Below the pieces are notes generated by a model. It did no database searches, was not told the DNA's origin, and saw nothing but the letters and a program-made list of their open reading frames with translations. From positions 186,001 through 250,000 of the forward strand of contig JAMWBK010000006.1 of the NCBI GenBank assembly GCA_029953675.1: a stretch of DNA of 64,000 nt, read 5' to 3'. Origin of the DNA: Rhodosorus marinus CCMP1338 (Eukaryota > Plantae > Rhodophyta). Of the stretch, positions 58,865-64,000 are shown piece after piece. Numbering within the stretch: the stretch's first letter is position 1; each line of letters begins with the position of its first letter. The position numbers and the translations under genes were made by a program.

Positions 58865-61800
58865 TCAGCTCGGTGGCGGCGGGGGCACTCGATAATGTTG
58901 ACCTGGCGCAGCGTAGTCGCTCGGAGGTGGCGGAGGGGGTTGCTGAGCACCTGCGTGATAGGACAGGTAAACGTCTTGACATTAGCTGATAGTTGCGCTA
59001 GCTAAACCTATTTCAAGATAGTGGCCGCAAAACTCACCAAAGTCGTAATTGCTCGGCATCGGTGCTGGGTCCGGGGCCAGTATGGTTGTACTAGGTACTC
59101 CTCCTCTCAAAGGAGTGCCAGGCATCCCCCTGCCTGGTGTTCCTGGCGCTGCTCGAAGTGGTGTGCCTACTCCAATTCTTGGGGTACCGGGTGGGTATCT
59201 TCCCGGAGTATTCGGGGGGTACCCGACTACGTGCGGGTTTTCCAGAGTCTTGAAATTCTTCTTGAACCAGTCGTAGAGAGCCGAGGGTGTTGGGTGAAGC
59301 ACGTTCCTCAATTTGAAGCCATCCGGAGTAACGATGACACTCGCCCGATTCACTGTCTTCGTTCCTGGTACAAATCCAAGCAAAAAGCTCCCCACTCTGT
59401 CCCTCCGCGTATCCGGACAGATCATGTAAGGAATCCGCTTCGGATCCCTGTTCTTCATGTCCCGGAGCGTGGCTTGAAGTTCGGCCCAGGAGACGTTCAA
59501 AAACTTGTCCCGGAAGCTAACCGCTTCGTTGTAATTCTGAACAATTGGGTCGATAACGCGAGAGAGAACTTCGTCCAAGCTCTCGTATCGCTCTGCCGTC
59601 GGACCAGAATTAGCCTCTACGTACAACAAGTTTTCCTTTCCGTTTATCACTTCCATCTCTTCGTTCACTTTGAAGTGCGCCACCACCCCCTGGTACAGCT
59701 TGTAAGTGAACGACACGGACTTCTTCGTGCTTCCCGGCCTAATAATCACCTCTCCAATCGGCGCCGGTTCCATAAGGCGCTCTGCTTCATCCGCAGTAAC
59801 GTCTTTCCAGAAGGGGTGCCTGGTGGACCGGTTCGCGAGATTTTCCTTACGAATCTGAACCAACATCTTGTCCCTCCGCAGACTCTTCTGCTTCTCGAGG
59901 GCCTTCTCCCGCTCCAAAAACTTCTCATCCCTGATTTCATCGTAACGCTTGCAGTAATCGTCGTAGAAAATCGGATCCTGAAAGCCGCTCATCGAGGCTG
60001 GATTGTTAAGTACTGACGCGCGACAAGAGAGTTTGACCTTGTACTCCTCGACAGTCAGCTCCTGCACTCTGCACATCGCCGAGCCCCCCGGAGTAACTCT
60101 CTCTACAAGTTCTTCATCTGTCAACCGCTGGTCAGAAAACTCCATTTTATGAATGAAACCCCGAATGCGCCCGTTAGCCACCATACATGAAACGCCGCTT
60201 CCGCTGTCAATGACCCTCAACTTCTCCGCTGTCACCATGGAGCCTATGTGTAGTTGAGTATCTGGATCCATTCCAGTGATACACCTAAACAGCACCTTCG
60301 GAGTGGGTTCAGTGAGCGGCACCCTCCAATCTCGGTACGGCTCATTGAACTCCTCCTCAATCAATCTAACCGTTTCCCTGTTTTTCCCCCGGCCCTTGGT
60401 CTCTAAATCCTTCGCGTATTGCTCCAGATCAAGGGCCTCCAGGAGTTCTGGATTCTCCATTAGCTCAAAGACAACTGCCGATGGATCCTTCCTCTTCGAT
60501 GCATCCTCGACAGACTGCTCGGCAATCTTGATTGCCACGTTGTAGTTCTCAAGGTGCATCCGCGTGTCCTCCAGAGGTTCGTAATCGGCAAATCTATCCA
60601 CATTCTTCTTCTTGTCCTTGCGCAGGCGCTTCCTGATAGCAGCAGCTGACTTTCCACCACTCGCCAGTTCGGGATCTCGAACCCTTAGGAACCCAGAAGC
60701 CGAGTAGAAGGTATTGTTCCCCAGCATATTCTTGACGAGCATATCTCTCCGGGATATCAACATGCCATTCTCGGAAGTCTCAATGGCTTGCAGCAACGAT
60801 TTCGCCTTTCTCGGTCCAAGTCCTCCTACATATTGCAATAAAGGTCTCAAGTGCGAGTGAATAATTGCCCTGTTAATATCGAAGCCGACTGTGTTCACAG
60901 AGCGAATCATAGACCGCCGTAGGACGTCCTTTTGGACCTCCGCAGGCAGAAGTCTTCCATTGTTAGTAAGTGGCAGATCGCGATAACCTTGTTTGTCCGC
61001 AACAATCGCTGCGTAGACAGTTAACGGCTCCTGAGTCAACCTGGCCAAACCCACGCCACGCCTCTGCAAGTACGAGAGCTCGGCAAGAGAGGCAATGGCA
61101 AGTTTCGTCTTGGCGTACGGAGTCACTAGAGTGTCCGGAACCAGAATTATTCTTTCCTTAACAGATCGTTCCAAATCCTGAAAGTCGCGTTCATCGTCTC
61201 TCGGAACGCCTAGGTAGTCCAACTCCTCCCGTCTAAAGTAGTCTCCCAGCAGCGCCAGGATATCATCACGAAGCCTTGTGGCGTCTTGACCTCCAGACCC
61301 AATCCCAATAGCGATGCAGTTCGGCTCGTACACCTGTATGACGTGCTTCCAGAGAAAGTTGCTGATCTCTTCTGGGATGGGATCGTCCCGCCTACGTCTC
61401 AGCCAACCTGCTGGGACTTCGTTCGTTCCAATCACTTCTCCGTCAGCGTCAAGTGCGACAAAGGTGGCGATCTGTGGACTTCCAGCGTATCTCTTCCTGG
61501 CCTCTGCAGTAGCTTCTTGAGAATCCCCTTGAACGTCCTCGTCTTCGTCTTTGGATGTCACGGTTATAGCCAGAGTCTTAGGTGATTGTTCCAATCCTTC
61601 GATCTTCACCGGGCCTTGGTGAAGCTCTCTGTCAATGCTCAGCGTCAGGGCCGCTTTCTGCTGCAAAATTGCTCTATCAAGGAGCTCCTTGCGTAGCTCC
61701 CTCTTTACCTCCTCGATTATAGCTCCGAGGGCCTCCTTGAGGATCATCCGTCTCTGGTCGTTCCAAGACATGGCCGTAGCACTGAGACTCTGCGAGAGAT

Positions 61801-63762
61801 AAAACCTGTTTAGGTCGTCCACCAATTCTTGGTAGTCTGTTTCGTTCATTGAAAGCTCGATTGTTGCGAGCCCTTCTTTCTCCACTTGGTGCATCATGAG
61901 AAATTCACCATCTCCGGACTGGGTCAGCAGTGCAAGCGGTTTATTCTGTACGGTACAAAAAGGTCGGAGCGGGTTGTCGTCGTCCACCTGTTTACGAGCC
62001 TTGGATGTCGGCATCGTCGAGACTTTCGCCGATGACCTGAAGGCGCTTCTCACATGTCGCATAATACCGCTTTCGGAGATAATCTCCGTTGTAATCAACG
62101 AACGTGCCAACTGCAGACACGTGGTAGGGTCGTCTAAGGTGCTCGAACGTGACTGAGAGGATGCCCAAGTAATGGCGACATCCTGTGGCTCAGAGGCAGG
62201 GTCAGCTGGTCTGTGTAGTGACTGATACTTTTGAAGGTTCTCAGATAGCTGGGACGCAGAAATGCCAAAGTGCTTCGCCAGCTCCCCAAGGCCAGATTTG
62301 CACAGGAACCGATAGCGTTCACGACGACGAGGCCTGCGTCGGCCTTTCTCCTCCCCCGTATCTGCTGCTCCGGTCGTAGAATAATACTTCTCCTGGAGCA
62401 GTGTTACGTGACGCTCTAAAGTGTTTATCTGCATCAAGTCGTTCGTAAACCCAGCTTCATCAGTAAGGTTCTTCAGTATATTCGTGTCGTCTTCAATTCT
62501 GGCCTCGGGTGCCTTGTTCAATTGCTCCAGAAAGTTCTTTTTCCTTTCAGTCAAGTGACTCCATCGGCGATCCCAATCCATCACTGTCCAGAGGGAAGTC
62601 CAATCGCCTAACTCATCAAATCCGGAACTCTTCATCAAATCTCCCATGATGTACTCCTTTCTGTAGACTGCCACGAACGGAATATCCAGAGTCTCCACGT
62701 GCAGAAAAGCAAGAAGAACAGATATCTTGCCTATAGTTGCCTCTCTTTCGTACTCATCGTGATCTGGACTACTGAAAGCCGACTGGTAAATCCACTCCGC
62801 TTCCTCCCCGAGATCTTCCTTATGAGCTCGTCTCCTATGTCCAAAATGCTCCTGCAAGTACTCGGGCATGTCCTTGCTTCGGATTTCCTCATCGCGATCG
62901 GTAAGGAGCCTCTCACGAGCTAACGACGGGTCCACCTTGATAGTCAGTTTTCGCAGATCCTCCATGTCGTTGATTTGAGTCTCCTCATTGGCTTCCTCTT
63001 TCCTGAGCATTGGTCCTGCATCTTTTCCATCTGCACACAGAGATGTTTCGAAATCGCGGGGATTAAAAATTGATCAGGTCGACGACGATGATTGCAAAAG
63101 TTACGATAAGACATAAAATTCAAGGAAACCTTCCGCTTACCTTCATCATCTGACACGACAAGAAAATCGATTCCTTGCAACTCATCCACATCCTTCTGGT
63201 CTCCAAAAATTTCTCGGGCGTCCTCTAGAGCGGCTGTATGAACTTCATCCGCGCCGCCCTTTCTTCGTCGTCTGTCGCCCTCGTCATCCTCGATGAAATT
63301 GTCCATTTCGTCTCCCTCGTCATCGTCATAGTCAATGTCTTCATCCGGACCTCGTCGCCTACTGTCTTCCTTCCCCTGATTGCGAACCTCACGGTCTGAC
63401 TCGTCCTCGCTCGCATCTCGTTCTAATCGTCTCAACTTTCCTTTCTTCTTTACCTTCACTCCAGCCTCCTCCAGAAGATCGAGATCTCCTTCTTCCATCT
63501 CTATCTCTTCTCGACCTCGCTTCCTTTTCTTTTTCTTCTTTTTAATGGATCGGGCTTCATCATCCTCATCCTCGTTCTCCTCTCCGCCGGCTTCTTCATC
63601 TCCGACCAAAAAATCGTCCTGCTCGTACTCGTTTGGAACATCATCATCCTCGCTAGAATCAAAATCCTCCGAGTCCTTGTCCTCATCCTTCACTTTAACT
63701 ACCACCTCTTCCTCCTCCTCCTCCGAACCTTCAGCTGCCTCGTTTTCCACAAAAGAACTCAT
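58865..63762 (-). CDS. SPT6: Transcription elongation factor / histone chaperone SPT6, 3 exons
   Basis: Acidic N-terminus, EEAEWIY, DIPFVAVYRKEY, YqgF (VALDADGE), HhH (QYVGGLGPRKA...FYSASGFLRV), LEDTRMHLENY, S1 (RGFIHKMEFSD), tandem SH2 (GEVIIRPGS). Exons 63141-63762, 59038-63030, 58865-58950. Confidence 0.97.
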
Positions 63763-64000
63763 GGTTTCAAGCTTTCTCCCTCACCTAGAAACACCTTCAA
63801 CACAACCCGCCCACACAAAAAACTTCCACGAACCAAAAAGCTTCAACAAGCAAACTTCATAACATAACTACGGGGTACTTCCTCTTGAAAGCTGCTCACT
63901 ATAGCCCATCCCATTCCCTTTTCCCCTCCTAATCCCTAAAAACGTCACAGCCTTGTTCCGAAAACTTACGATATTCCAATCCCTTAAAGAAACCCTGCTC

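Noticed and set aside
59021-60016. 331-aa plus-strand ORF and many other antisense ORFs in the track
   Set aside because: Shadow ORFs on the opposite strand of well-supported genes (SPT6, PPR, carrier, phosphatase and others).

Overview
Eukaryotic nuclear DNA from a compact, intron-bearing genome (GT-AG introns of about 80-125 nt). It is most consistent with a red alga: plastid transit peptides start MAFVAGVSG or similar, and there are NDC1, FdC2-type ferredoxin and SHAQKYF-class MYB genes. About 22 protein-coding genes can be reconstructed by hand-splicing the ORF track: GT32 glycosyltransferase, bZIP-like factor, NDC1, PSMG1, FdC2-type ferredoxin, PPIL2, TTC4/Cns1, FKBP20-like, TLDc protein, syntaxin-6, eIF2B-beta, scramblase/tubby-like protein, shikimate-kinase-like P-loop protein, ApaH-like phosphatase, PPR protein, coiled-coil protein, RIM2-like carrier, MYB, PI4K-gamma, QCR8, PRA1 and SPT6. 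The most unusual structure is a decayed Ty3/gypsy chromovirus at 9257-12987, with two 291-bp LTRs and a TTGGT target-site duplication. An inverted leader-gag-protease segment sits between its 5' LTR and its primer-binding site, while its sense-strand gag is deleted through to RNase H. A transcript from the LTR would therefore be antisense to gag and fold into a ~125-bp hairpin, making this a candidate natural silencer locus. The element appears nested just behind the PBS of a second LTR element. Other notable items are a ~500-bp 12-mer minisatellite whose degenerate flanks vary synonymously in an (N-V-T-T/P)n frame, Thr-Pro repeats on the SPT6 tail, and a bacterial-type shikimate-kinase-like gene with a plastid-type leader. 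No rRNA, tRNA or CRISPR array was found. All calls are by eye; no database searches were run.
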